Positions 15,340 to 24,847 of a DNA stretch of 35,787 nucleotides are shown one piece after another. Below the pieces are notes generated by a model, which saw only the letters and a program-made list of their open reading frames with translations, searched no databases and had not been told where the DNA came from. Within the stretch, counting starts at the first letter, position 1. The number at the start of each line of letters is the position of its first letter. The position numbers and the translations under genes are program-made. The stretch is taken from positions 1 to 35,787 of the forward strand of contig JAFGJV010000041.1 of assembly GCA_016928955.1 (NCBI GenBank). The letters are read 5' to 3'. The stretch is from Spirochaetales bacterium (GTDB lineage: Bacteria; Spirochaetota; Spirochaetia; Treponematales; UBA12059).

Positions 15340-17250
15340 TCAGCTCGATGCCAGGCCCTCAAAGCGCTCAACCTTGGCCCTGACCATGTCGATGGCGCCT
15401 TCCCAGAACGCGGACTTGGTTATGTCCACGCCCAGGTGCTTGGCAGCCAGGTCCTCTGCCTCCATCCTGCCTGTGTCGCGGAGCAGGCCCACGTACGCCG
15501 TGTGGAAGCGCGGCCCCAGTTCGTCCTTTTTGGCGTACACGCCCAGGCTGAACAGGTAGCCGAACGAGTACGGAAAGTTGTAGAAGCTGACGCCCGGCAT
15601 GTGGAAGTGCAGCTTGGACGCCCAGTAGTAGTCGTCATAGTCCGACAAGGCGTCGCCGTACCACTCTTCCCACGCCTCGCGCGTCAGGGCGCACAGCCCG
15701 TCGGCGCTCACCGGGCCGGATGGCCGCTTTTCGTAAAAACGACGCTCGAACTCGAAGCGGGCCGGTATGTTGACCAGGAAGGTGGCCGCGTCCTGCGCGT
15801 CGGCCCAGGCCAGGTCAAAGACCGTGCCGGGATCAGCGGCATCCTTGGCCAGGAGGTCCCCCAAGGCCGCCTCCCCAAACGTGCTGGCCGTCTCAGCCAG
15901 GGTCATGGGGTAGTCCGCCTCCACCAGAGGTATGTCGCGCATCACCTCGCAGTGGTATGCGTGTCCGAGCTCGTGGGCCAGGGTGGACAGCTCTGACAGC
16001 GCGCCCTGATACGTGGTGAACACGAAAGGATTGCGGCTGGCGGGGAATTCCGTGCAGTACGCCCCCGGGCGTTTGCGGTCCAGCACCCGGCCCTCTATCC
16101 GGCGTTTTTTGGCCATGTCGGACACAAAATCGCCCATGGACGGATCCACGGCGGCGTACGCTCGCCGGACCACTTCAAGGCCGTCCTTGAAGGCTATTCC
16201 CGGTCCCGCTCCGCCGCGCGCCGGCGCGGGAGCCAGTATGTCCCAGGGGCCAAGCCGCTCCACGCCGTAATGACGGGCTTGTGCGCGCAGGGCGCGCCGG
16301 CCCAGCTCCCTGGACGCTCGCAGGGCGTCCATCAGCGCGTTCAGCGTGGCCAATCCTATGCGGCTCTGGTGCAGGGCCTTGTCCAGGAAATGGACCTTCT
16401 CGGTATGGGACCGAAGCCCCGCCTCAGCGTAGCGCCAGCCCGATATGGAGTTCAGGATGGACGCGAACGACTCCCGGTGCTCGGCCATGGCGGCGTTGAT
16501 GCCGCGCCAGGCCGCTTCCCTGAGCGCTCGGTCAGGCTTTTTGAGCATGCTGGCCGCCGCCGCCAACCCGAGGGTGTCGGTGGCGCCGTCCGGCTTTTTG
16601 ACCTGGCAGCGCACGGTGCCCGTGATGTTGTTGTACATGGAACCCCAGGCAGACAGGCCGTCAGGGCTCATGGTCGACAGGGTTTTTTCCACATCCAGGG
16701 GCAGGAAACGCGCCTTCAGCTTCCGTTCCTGGGTCAGGCTGAACCGGAAGGGCGCCGTGGTTTCCGACGACAGGAAGGCCTCAAAAAAGGCGTCCGGGCA
16801 CAGGGCCATGACCAGCTTGAAGGCGGCGTGGGCGGCGCCTATGCCCGCGCCCAGGGTTTGCAGCACGCCGCGCGCCGTCTTGGCCGCGTCGTCTGAGCCG
16901 TCCACGCTGGACGAGCAGTTGGCGTACACAGCCAGGTTGCCCTGCAGGGTGAACGCCTCTACCAGGCGACCGGCAAAGGCCTGGCACGCGTCCACCACCG
17001 CCCGGTCCTTGGCCGGATCCAGGCCGGCCGCGCGTGGCACGGCATCGGCTATGGGTTTGGACATGGCATCCAGCTGGGTTATGAGGCCCCTGAGCCTGTC
17101 CATGTCCGCCGTGTAGTCGGGGGACGTGACGGAAGGGTACTCGCCCGACAAATCCCAGGCGGGTCCCGCGTGTTCCTGGCCCGTTCCCGTGGCTCCATCG
17201 GGAGCGAACAGGGAAGGCGGGAACATCGTAGTGTCGTGGATGGTGATCAT
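15340..17250 (-). CDS. pepF: M3B-family oligoendopeptidase F
   Basis: WDLS, KRPGAYC, TLAHELGHAYH zinc motif, AETASTFGE, FYNFPYSFG. Start uncertain (17250 or 17226). Confidence 0.9.
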   Translation of the reverse strand: MITIHDTTMFPPSLFAPDGATGTGQEHAGPAWDLSGEYPSVTSPDYTADMDRLRGLITQLDAMSKPIADAVPRAAGLDPAKDRAVVDACQAFAGRLVEAFTLQGNLAVYANCSSSVDGSDDAAKTARGVLQTLGAGIGAAHAAFKLVMALCPDAFFEAFLSSETTAPFRFSLTQERKLKARFLPLDVEKTLSTMSPDGLSAWGSMYNNITGTVRCQVKKPDGATDTLGLAAAASMLKKPDRALREAAWRGINAAMAEHRESFASILNSISGWRYAEAGLRSHTEKVHFLDKALHQSRIGLATLNALMDALRASRELGRRALRAQARHYGVERLGPWDILAPAPARGGAGPGIAFKDGLEVVRRAYAAVDPSMGDFVSDMAKKRRIEGRVLDRKRPGAYCTEFPASRNPFVFTTYQGALSELSTLAHELGHAYHCEVMRDIPLVEADYPMTLAETASTFGEAALGDLLAKDAADPGTVFDLAWADAQDAATFLVNIPARFEFERRFYEKRPSGPVSADGLCALTREAWEEWYGDALSDYDDYYWASKLHFHMPGVSFYNFPYSFGYLFSLGVYAKKDELGPRFHTAYVGLLRDTGRMEAEDLAAKHLGVDITKSAFWEGAIDMVRAKVERFEGLASS

Positions 17251-17293
17251 GGCCCAGGATAGCACGGCCCCCGGGATCCAACAAGTTTAGCCC

Positions 17294-17430
17294 AGTGTCA
17301 CGAAGCTTTGATGTGCCGATTTGTGCCCGAGATAGCCACTGGAAGCAGCCGCGCTCGCCGCAAGACGGCCGCGGACGGAAAGCAAAGCTTCCTCCGATAC
17401 TCATGGCCCACATCAAAGCTTCGACACACT
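17294..17430. mobile_element. Putative ~137-bp MITE bounded by 22-bp inverted repeats
   Basis: AGTGTCACGAAGCTTTGATGTG (17294-17315) and CACATCAAAGCTTCGACACACT (17409-17430) are 20/22 complementary. A solo copy of the motif lies at 32297-32318. Confidence 0.55.
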
Positions 17431-17501
17431 CGTCTCGTCCAGCCGGCGCCGCCGAGCGCCCGACTTGAAGCATTCCCGCACCCGATGTATAACTACCCCA
17501 C

Positions 17502-18638
17502 ATGCCGACGCCTGTCCCCAATAGCAAAAACCCCGATCTGTTGTCCACGCCCCTCGACAGGCTGGTCCGCCGGGCCCATGCCCGCTTCATAGGACCCGGC
17601 GGGTTCTGGATCGTGTTGCTGAACTGGGCAGGCTACGCCGCGGCCATGCTGATCCTCGGCCCGTACCTGGCGGTATCGGCGAACTACATCATCATCATAC
17701 CCGTCATCGTGTCGGCCATAGCCTACGGCTTTACCGGCGGCCTGATAGCCGGCGCCATGGGCCTTCCGGCCAACCTGCTGATGTTCGCCATCCTGGGCCA
17801 CCCCGAATTTTCGCCGGCGTCCAAGCCAATAGCCGAATTGTCCGGCATCGTCATAGGCTCGGCCCTGGGCTACCTCTCGGATTTCTACCGGCGCCTGGAA
17901 ACCGAGCGGGTCCTCAGGAAGGAAATAGAGGAAGAGCTCAGGAGGGCCCTGCGCGACAAAGAAGCGCTGTTTCGGGAACTGCACCACAGGGTCAAGAACA
18001 ATCTCAACCTGGTCAAAAGCCTCATCGGCCTTCAAAGCCGGCGTTCATCCAACTCGGAGTTCAAACGGGCGGCGGCGGACCTGGCCGGCCGCATCATGTC
18101 CCTGTCCCTGGTCCACGAGCAATTGTACAAAAAAGCCGAGCTGTCGGCCGTGGCCATAGACGACTATCTTGCCCAGCTCATCCGCCTGGTTTCGGACGGG
18201 ATGGCCGATCCCAACACGCAGGCCACCATGAGCACGAAACTGCCCAAGCTCGAGCTCACCATGGATATGGCCATTCCGCTGGGGCTCATACTCAACGAGG
18301 CGTTGACCAACGCGTTCAAGCACGGGGGCAGGAACCGGCCGACCCTGGCCGTGGACGTGCGCTTTGCCCACGATGACGGCCTGTATACGCTGGAAGTTGA
18401 AGACGACGGGCCGGGTATGAGCCCGGCCGATCCCTTGGATATACCTCAGGGCGTGGGCCTGGGCATGACGCTCATAGAGCTCTTGACCGACCAGCTGGCC
18501 GGTCAGAGCCAGTATCGCAGAAAGGGCGACCGCACCCTGTTCAGCCTGAGTTTCCCGGGCAAGTCAGGCGCTGGCCGTCCGGGCCCGACGCCCGGCAAAC
18601 AAACAGCCAACCGAGCTAGCGGGCGAACCCAAGCGTGA
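17502..18638 (+). CDS. Membrane sensor histidine kinase, HisKA_2/HWE type
   Basis: N-terminal TM helices, ELHHRVKNNL, LILNEALTNAFKHG, VEDDGPG, GLGM. Confidence 0.92.
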   Translation: MPTPVPNSKNPDLLSTPLDRLVRRAHARFIGPGGFWIVLLNWAGYAAAMLILGPYLAVSANYIIIIPVIVSAIAYGFTGGLIAGAMGLPANLLMFAILGHPEFSPASKPIAELSGIVIGSALGYLSDFYRRLETERVLRKEIEEELRRALRDKEALFRELHHRVKNNLNLVKSLIGLQSRRSSNSEFKRAAADLAGRIMSLSLVHEQLYKKAELSAVAIDDYLAQLIRLVSDGMADPNTQATMSTKLPKLELTMDMAIPLGLILNEALTNAFKHGGRNRPTLAVDVRFAHDDGLYTLEVEDDGPGMSPADPLDIPQGVGLGMTLIELLTDQLAGQSQYRRKGDRTLFSLSFPGKSGAGRPGPTPGKQTANRASGRTQA

Positions 18639-18646
18639 CACTAGTG

Positions 18647-18752
18647 GGACCCTCTAAAAACTGCAATTTTTAGAGGGTTACCTTAGAAAACCCAGCGTTT
18701 TCGGCCGAAAACGCTGGGAACCTCTAATAACCAAGGCGTTTTTAGAGGTTCC
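18647..18752. repeat. Composite three-hairpin REPIN/MITE-like element, copy 2
   Basis: Same architecture as 12737-12841; flanked by CTAGTG on both sides (18641-18646 and 18753-18758). Confidence 0.92.
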
Positions 18753-18920
18753 CTAGTGGCACGCGCACCCGTTTTTGGCGTATGGGCACCCAGCGCAGCC
18801 TGAGCTCCCGGAGCAGGTGCCAGGGCGCCTGTTCCGGGCTAACCTGACCGCACGTGCGGCGGTCCACAGGGCGGCGACGGCCACGACCAGTACGGTACCC
18901 AGAATATCCAGTGTTTCCAT
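18753..18920 (-). CDS. FeoB-associated Cys-rich small membrane protein
   Basis: GGAG RBS, METLDIL, one TM helix, then C-S-G-S-S-G-C-A-G-C-P...C-A-C-H; directly downstream of feoB. Confidence 0.85.
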   Translation of the reverse strand: METLDILGTVLVVAVAALWTAARAVRLARNRRPGTCSGSSGCAGCPYAKNGCACH

Positions 18921-18922
18921 AC

Positions 18923-21058
18923 TCAACTCCATAACCCAAAGGCCAGGCCGAACATCCGGAGACCGAAGGACAGGACCCAGCCCACAACCAGCATGTAGGC
19001 AACCGCGAAACCAAGCCACTTCCAGCCCAGCTCTGCCTTCAGCGCGCCTAAGGCGGCGAAGCAGGGCGGGATGGTCAGTATAAAGAGCATGAGGACCAGC
19101 GCGGTCAGCGGCGTGAAATTGGGGTCGGCGCGCAGGGCCTCGGTGAGGCTTTGGCCTTCCCCGCTCTCGGAAGCGGCGTACATGACGCCAAGCGTGGACA
19201 CCACCACCTCCTTGGCCGCAAAACCGGTAACCACCGCCACTCCCGAACGCCAGTCCAGGCCCAGGGGCCTGACCAGGGGTTCAATGGCCTTGCCAAGCCG
19301 CCCCGCCATGCTGAACTCAAGCCCTGCCTTGGCGCGCTGGCTTTCCACGGCAGCGGCCACGGCCTCTGGACCGGCCGCCGGTTCGGCGGCGCTGTAGCTG
19401 GCCGCCCAGGCCGCGTCGCGCGCCGCGTCGTCAGGCAACTCCGGGAAGGCTGTCAGGGCCCATATCAGGATGGACGCCGCGAGGATCACGGTACCAGCCT
19501 TCTGGGCGTACTGCAGGGTTTTCTCACCCACGTGCCACAGGAGGCCCCGCAGGGTCGGAGCCCGATAGGGCGGCAGTTCCATCACAAAGGGCGCCGACTC
19601 GCCACGCAGGATTGTGCGGCGCCACAGGAAAGCCGAGCCAAGGGCCAGGAGCACGCCCACGCCGTATATAGCCATAACCGCGCCGCCCGGCCTCTGCGGG
19701 AAAAAGGCACCAGCCAGAAGCACGTACACGGGCAGCTTGGCGCCGCAGCTCATGAAGGGTATGGCCATGGCGGTGACGATTCGGTCTCGCGGGCTTTTCA
19801 GGGTCCTGGTGGCCATGATGGCCGGCACCGAGCAGCCAAAGCCCAGGATCAGGGGCAGGAAGGACTGGCCGTGAAGGCCGAAGGCGTGGAGAAATTTGTC
19901 CGTTATGAAGGCGGCCCTGGCCATGTAGCCCACGTCTTCCAGTATGGACAGGAAAAAGAACAGAATGATGATCAGCGGGACAAAGGACAGCACCCCGCCC
20001 ACGCCGCCTATGATGCCATCCACCACCAGGGACGCGAACCGTCCGTCCGGCAGAATTGAGCCGGCGGCCTGGCCCAGCCACGCAAAGCCGCTTTCCAGCC
20101 AGGCCACCGGGTACGAGCCCAGGGCAAAGGTCAGCTCGAAAAGCCCCCACATGACCAGACCAAAGATGGGCAGGCCCAGGTAGCGGTTCATCAGCACCTT
20201 GTCTATGTTCTCGGTGACCGTCTCGCGGCTCCGCGGCACGCGTCGTACGGATTCCCTGGCCGCGCCGTGCACGTATGCGTAGCGCTGCTCGGACACCACA
20301 ATCTCCGAGTCTTTGCCAAAGTGCTTTTCCACCCAGGCCACGGAAGCGGCCGCCATGTCCCGGATATCCTTCTCTCCTGAATGTCCAGCCAGGCGCTCCA
20401 TGGCGTCAGCGTCCTTTTCTATCAGCTTGACGGCCAGCCAGCGGGGAGGAAAGCGTTCCGCAAAGCCCGGGTCGGCCTCTATGGCCTTGACCAGCGGCTC
20501 GAGCCTGGCTTCCAGCTCGGGTCCGTAGTCCATGCGGCGCTCAGGGTCCAGACCGCCGCCGTCGGCGGCTGTCAGGGCGGCGTCAAGCAGGGCATCCACG
20601 CCCTCTCCGCGCGGGCCAACGGTCCTGACCAGCGGCATGCCAAGGATGCTGGACAGCCGGTCGGCGTCCACGCTGACCCCGGCGGCCTCTGCCTCGTCGG
20701 CCATGTTGAGGGCGCCAACCACCGGCACGCCCAGCTCCCTGAACTGCATGCACAGGTACAGGTGGCGCTCCAGGTTGCCCGAGTCCATCACGTCTATGAC
20801 CACGTCCGGGCGCTCGTCCAAAAGGAAGTCTCGCGCCACCATCTCGTCAAGGGAGTAGGCCGACAGGCTGTACGTGCCCGGCAGGTCCACCAGCTTAACG
20901 TCCACGCCCTTGTGCTTCCTGTGGCCTTCCCGCTTCTCCACCGTAACGCCAGGATAGTTGCCCACCTTGTGGTGGGCTCCGGTGATGGCGTTGAATATGG
21001 TGGTTTTGCCGCAATTCGGGTTGCCGGCCACCGCTATGACCACACGGCGGCCGGTCAC
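18923..21058 (-). CDS. feoB: Ferrous iron transporter B
   Basis: GNPNCGKT, VGNYPGVTVE, DLPGTYS, NMAD, GFGCSVP, PFMSCGAKLPVY, FVMELPPY. Confidence 0.98.
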   Translation of the reverse strand: MTGRRVVIAVAGNPNCGKTTIFNAITGAHHKVGNYPGVTVEKREGHRKHKGVDVKLVDLPGTYSLSAYSLDEMVARDFLLDERPDVVIDVMDSGNLERHLYLCMQFRELGVPVVGALNMADEAEAAGVSVDADRLSSILGMPLVRTVGPRGEGVDALLDAALTAADGGGLDPERRMDYGPELEARLEPLVKAIEADPGFAERFPPRWLAVKLIEKDADAMERLAGHSGEKDIRDMAAASVAWVEKHFGKDSEIVVSEQRYAYVHGAARESVRRVPRSRETVTENIDKVLMNRYLGLPIFGLVMWGLFELTFALGSYPVAWLESGFAWLGQAAGSILPDGRFASLVVDGIIGGVGGVLSFVPLIIILFFFLSILEDVGYMARAAFITDKFLHAFGLHGQSFLPLILGFGCSVPAIMATRTLKSPRDRIVTAMAIPFMSCGAKLPVYVLLAGAFFPQRPGGAVMAIYGVGVLLALGSAFLWRRTILRGESAPFVMELPPYRAPTLRGLLWHVGEKTLQYAQKAGTVILAASILIWALTAFPELPDDAARDAAWAASYSAAEPAAGPEAVAAAVESQRAKAGLEFSMAGRLGKAIEPLVRPLGLDWRSGVAVVTGFAAKEVVVSTLGVMYAASESGEGQSLTEALRADPNFTPLTALVLMLFILTIPPCFAALGALKAELGWKWLGFAVAYMLVVGWVLSFGLRMFGLAFGLWS

Positions 21059-21393
21059 GCGCTTCTCCTTCCGCGTCCAGGGCCACGGCCACCCATGCCC
21101 ATGCCCCTGCCGCGCCCGCTCCTGCCGGCGCCAAAGCGGCCGCGCGCGCAGCCGGCCTCCAGGAGATCCACCTCAACCTCAGCCGCTTCTTCCCTCCTCA
21201 TAAGGAGGTCGTAAGCGCCCAGGCGGACCTGCATGGGCCCGCCCATGATGCCGCAGCGTATCATTTGACCTTCCATGCCCTCGGTAAAGCCGAGATCGGC
21301 CAGGCGGCGGCCGGTTTCCCTGCCCACCATCACGGCCTTGACGCGGAAACGGTCGAATCTATACAGATCGGATAGTCTCACGATGCTCTCCAT
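21055..21393 (-). CDS. feoA: FeoA protein with Gly/Arg-rich C-terminal tail
   Basis: RRLADLGFTEG...GGPMQV...LMRREEA FeoA pattern; stop overlaps the feoB start. Confidence 0.85.
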   Translation of the reverse strand: MESIVRLSDLYRFDRFRVKAVMVGRETGRRLADLGFTEGMEGQMIRCGIMGGPMQVRLGAYDLLMRREEAAEVEVDLLEAGCARGRFGAGRSGRGRGMGMGGRGPGRGRRSA

Positions 21394-21461
21394 ACCGGCC
21401 GGTCCCCGGCCCGTCGTCAAGGACGGCTCGCCTGCCATGCGGTAGGCACGTCGTCCTTATT

Positions 21462-21480
21462 GATAATGATTATCATAATC
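21462..21480. promoter_or_regulatory. Fur box overlapping the feoAB promoter
   Basis: GATAATGATTATCATAATC matches the classical GATAATGATAATCATTATC at 17/19. A minus-strand -35-like TTGACT is at 21490-21495. Confidence 0.88.
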
Positions 21481-21577
21481 ATGCCCGGGAGTCAAGTGCC
21501 GTCTGTCCGGGAGGAAAGGGAGCGCCCTTCCCTCCCGGCCCCACCCATCCCCTATGATCAAGATACTATAGCATACG

Positions 21578-22021
21578 TCAGCGCGAGCGCTTTTTGGAAC
21601 AATCCGGGCAGCGCCCGAACAGTTCAAGCCTGTGCCCGCTGGACGTGAACCCGTAGCGGCGGTACACGGCCTCCTGGGCCTTCTCTATGGCAGGGTCCAC
21701 GAATTCCACCACCTTGCCGCAGTCCACGCAGGTCAGATGGTCATGGTGGGCATGGCGCCACGCGTGCTCGTACTGGCGCCCGCCGTCGTCGCGGCAGGCT
21801 TCCCGCGCCAGGCCAGCGTCGGCGAACAGCTTCATGGTCCTGAACACGGTGGCCTGGCCTATGCCAGGATCCAGGGCGCGGGCCGCCTCCAGTATGTCGT
21901 CGACCGTCACATGGGTTTCCAGCCCCAGAAAAGCCTCCAGCACGGTTTCCCGGGCAGCCGTCATCTTGAGTCCGCGTTCCTTGAGGTACCGTTCCAGCAC
22001 GGCTCGCTCTTCCCTATGCAC
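21578..22021 (-). CDS. fur: Fur-family transcriptional regulator
   Basis: GLKMTAARE, IGQATVFRTM, HHDHLTCVDCG, GRCPDC; GGAGG RBS before GTG at 22021. Confidence 0.93.
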   Translation of the reverse strand: MHREERAVLERYLKERGLKMTAARETVLEAFLGLETHVTVDDILEAARALDPGIGQATVFRTMKLFADAGLAREACRDDGGRQYEHAWRHAHHDHLTCVDCGKVVEFVDPAIEKAQEAVYRRYGFTSSGHRLELFGRCPDCSKKRSR

Positions 22022-22138
22022 CTGCCCTCCCACGACGTGTCGATGCCGGCTTGCCGACCAACCTGATATTCACCCCTGGGCGTCCGCTCGTCAAGGCCGG
22101 TACTTCTTCCGGAAGCCAAGGCAGGCTATACTGCGCCC

Positions 22139-23662
22139 ATGGGAAGCATCCTGTGGTACGACCTGGAAACCTTCGGCCTGGAAAGCAGGCACGACCGCAT
22201 AGCCCAGTTCGCCTGCCTGCGCACGGACGAACAGCTCAATCCCCTCTCCGGCGGCCTGACGCTGTACAACAAAATCACCCCGGACTACCTGCCCAGCCCC
22301 TACTCGTGCCTGGTCCACCGCATCAGTCCCCAGCACACCCTGGCCGAGGGCCTGCCGGAATACCAGTTCGCGCGGGCCATCCTGGACGAAATGGGCCAGC
22401 CGGGAACCTGCTCCGCCGGGTACAACTCGGTCAAATTCGACGACGAATTCATACGCAATCTCCTGTACCGCAACCTGTTTGACCCGTACGAGCGCGAGTG
22501 GGCGGACGGCAACAGCCGCTGGGATGTCATCAACCTGTTCCGCGCGGCCCGAGACCTGCGGCCGGAAGGCTTAAGCTGGCCGAACGGCGCGGACGGCAAA
22601 CCTGATTTCAAACTGGGCTCCCTGGCCGCCGCCAACGCCGTCGACCTGACCCACGCCCATGACGCCCTGGCCGACATAGAGGCAACCGTGGCCCTGGCCC
22701 GTCTGGTCAAGGAGCGCCAAGGCCGCCTGTACGACTGGTACTGGCGCCACCGCACCCGCGACTCCCTCCGGCCCCTGGTCGACCTTGCCGGCCACGAGCC
22801 CCTGGTGCACACGGCCGCCGAATACACCAGCACCCGCGGCTGTAGCGCCATCGTGGCGCCCGTGGGCATGATTCCCGGCCGCCGCGACGCCCTCGTGGTC
22901 ATGGACCTCAGGCAGGATCCCGCGCCCGTCCTGGACCTGAGCGTGGACGAGCTCAAGCGCCGGGTGTTCGCGCGCTCGGGGGAGCTGCCTGAAGGCCAGC
23001 GCGTGTCCCTGGGCGTGGTCAAGCTGTCCAAGTGTCCCTACCTGGCCCCGCTGTCCATCCTGGACCGGGCCGCTGAGGAGCGCCTGGGGCTGGATTCCGG
23101 CCTGGCCAGGCAACGAGCGGCCGAATTCGCCCGCCAGCCCGGCTGCATACAGAAACTGGCGGCCGTGTTCGCCCCGCGCGGACCCGAATTCGCAGAGGCC
23201 GACGCCGACTACAAGATATACTCCGGGGGCTTTTTCCGGGACGAGGACCGCGACGCCATGGCCGCCATCCATGAGGCCATAGCCACCCAGGGTCCGGCTG
23301 CAGCCAGGGCCCAGGCCTATGCCCAGCATTTCCTGGACGAGCGCCTGCCCCAGATGGTGCGCAGGCTGTTCGCGCGCAACTGGCCGGACACCCTGTCCGC
23401 CAAGGAAGCCGCCCGGTGGCGCTCTTTCTGCGCCGGCCGCCTCCTGTGCCCGCGCATAGAGGGAGCCACCGACCTGGCGGCCTTTGACAAGACCGTGGCC
23501 ACCCTGATGGCCAGCATGGAAACGCCGCCTGAGGACAAACTCATGCTGCACACCCTGCTGGACTACCGCCAGGGCCTGGAGCGCGATGTGCTGTCCATGG
23601 ATACCGCGACTAATCCGGGTTCGGCCTGGGGAGCCCTTGCGCCCGGGCTCCCCAGGGATTAG
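22139..23662 (+). CDS. sbcB: Exodeoxyribonuclease I
   Basis: DEDDh motifs YDLETFG, GYNSVKFDDEF, HAHDALADI; YRNLFDPYEREW..GNSRWD. Confidence 0.95.
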   Translation: MGSILWYDLETFGLESRHDRIAQFACLRTDEQLNPLSGGLTLYNKITPDYLPSPYSCLVHRISPQHTLAEGLPEYQFARAILDEMGQPGTCSAGYNSVKFDDEFIRNLLYRNLFDPYEREWADGNSRWDVINLFRAARDLRPEGLSWPNGADGKPDFKLGSLAAANAVDLTHAHDALADIEATVALARLVKERQGRLYDWYWRHRTRDSLRPLVDLAGHEPLVHTAAEYTSTRGCSAIVAPVGMIPGRRDALVVMDLRQDPAPVLDLSVDELKRRVFARSGELPEGQRVSLGVVKLSKCPYLAPLSILDRAAEERLGLDSGLARQRAAEFARQPGCIQKLAAVFAPRGPEFAEADADYKIYSGGFFRDEDRDAMAAIHEAIATQGPAAARAQAYAQHFLDERLPQMVRRLFARNWPDTLSAKEAARWRSFCAGRLLCPRIEGATDLAAFDKTVATLMASMETPPEDKLMLHTLLDYRQGLERDVLSMDTATNPGSAWGALAPGLPRD

Positions 23663-23728
23663 CCTTAAGCTACCGGGAACCCTCACGGGTTACCGGCCTC
23701 CCCATTTCCTGCTCGCGGGAAGGACAGG

Positions 23729-24739
23729 TTGAACGCTTATAAAGGTAAAAACGAGTTTTTCTCGACCATCTGGAACGTGTCGCCGGATCCCTACTGGATA
23801 TGCCGGCCTGAGGGCGATGACTTCATAGTCATGGCCCTAAACCCGGCAGCCGTGGATGCCTTTCCCGGAGCCAAAGAGGGGTTCTCCCTGGCCCAAGCCC
23901 TGGGCTCAGGGGCAGAAGCCGTCATGCTGGCCTTTGCCCGCTGCATGGACGGCAAGGTATCCGTCACCTTTGACTACTCAGACCAGCGCGCCGGCCGCGA
24001 GCGCTATTTCCGCGCCGTCATCGTGCCCATATCCACGGCCGGCGGCAAGGTTACCCGGATTTGGGGTACCGCCAGGGAACTGACCGACCTCTTGGAAGCC
24101 AGAAAACGCTCCGAGGACCTGGTCCAGAGGCTGGAATCCGAGGTGCGCGAGCGGACGGCCATGCTTCTGGCAGCCAACGAGGAACTGGCCATTGCCAACG
24201 TGGAGCTCAAGAAAGCCAACGACCGCTACCAGGACCTGGCCCTCAAAGACGCCCTTACCGGCCTGGCCAACCGCCGCGCCTTCCAGGAAGCGGGCGTCCG
24301 GGAGTTCAGCCGGGCCCAGCGCTACGGCCGCGGCCTGGCCCTGGTGCTGTTTGACCTGGACAACCTCAAACGCCTGAACGACGAGCACGGCCACCCCTCC
24401 GGAGACGAGGCCATACGCCGCGTGGGCAGGGTCCTGGCGGAAGCGTCCCGGGGCGCCGACCTGGCGGCAAGGCTGGGTGGCGACGAATTCGCCCTCATAT
24501 TGCCTGAAACTGACATGGACAAGGCCGTGTCGCTGGCCAAACGCTCCATAGACGCCCTGTCCGACGAACTTCTGGATCCCCGAGACCCCGAATCCCCGCG
24601 GATAGGCGCGAGCGCCGGCGTGGCCGTGTTCCATTTATCCGACACGGCCTTTGACGACCTGTACGCGCGCTCCGACCACGCCCTGTACCGGGCCAAGAAC
24701 CGCGGCAAGGCCAGGGTGGAGGGCGAGAAGGCGGGCTGA
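23729..24739 (+). CDS. PAS-like/coiled-coil/GGDEF diguanylate cyclase
   Basis: DALTGLANRR, DLDNLKRLND, I-site RGAD five residues before an intact GGDEF. Confidence 0.92.
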   Translation: MNAYKGKNEFFSTIWNVSPDPYWICRPEGDDFIVMALNPAAVDAFPGAKEGFSLAQALGSGAEAVMLAFARCMDGKVSVTFDYSDQRAGRERYFRAVIVPISTAGGKVTRIWGTARELTDLLEARKRSEDLVQRLESEVRERTAMLLAANEELAIANVELKKANDRYQDLALKDALTGLANRRAFQEAGVREFSRAQRYGRGLALVLFDLDNLKRLNDEHGHPSGDEAIRRVGRVLAEASRGADLAARLGGDEFALILPETDMDKAVSLAKRSIDALSDELLDPRDPESPRIGASAGVAVFHLSDTAFDDLYARSDHALYRAKNRGKARVEGEKAG

Positions 24740-24847
24740 CGGGCTTGCCCCCGCGGTCCATCCTGGCTACTTTCAAGCCCAGGTCCCGCGCGGGGGCTGT
24801 TTCTTGCATACCATTCCCCGGCATACGGACAGACACGGAGGATAATC

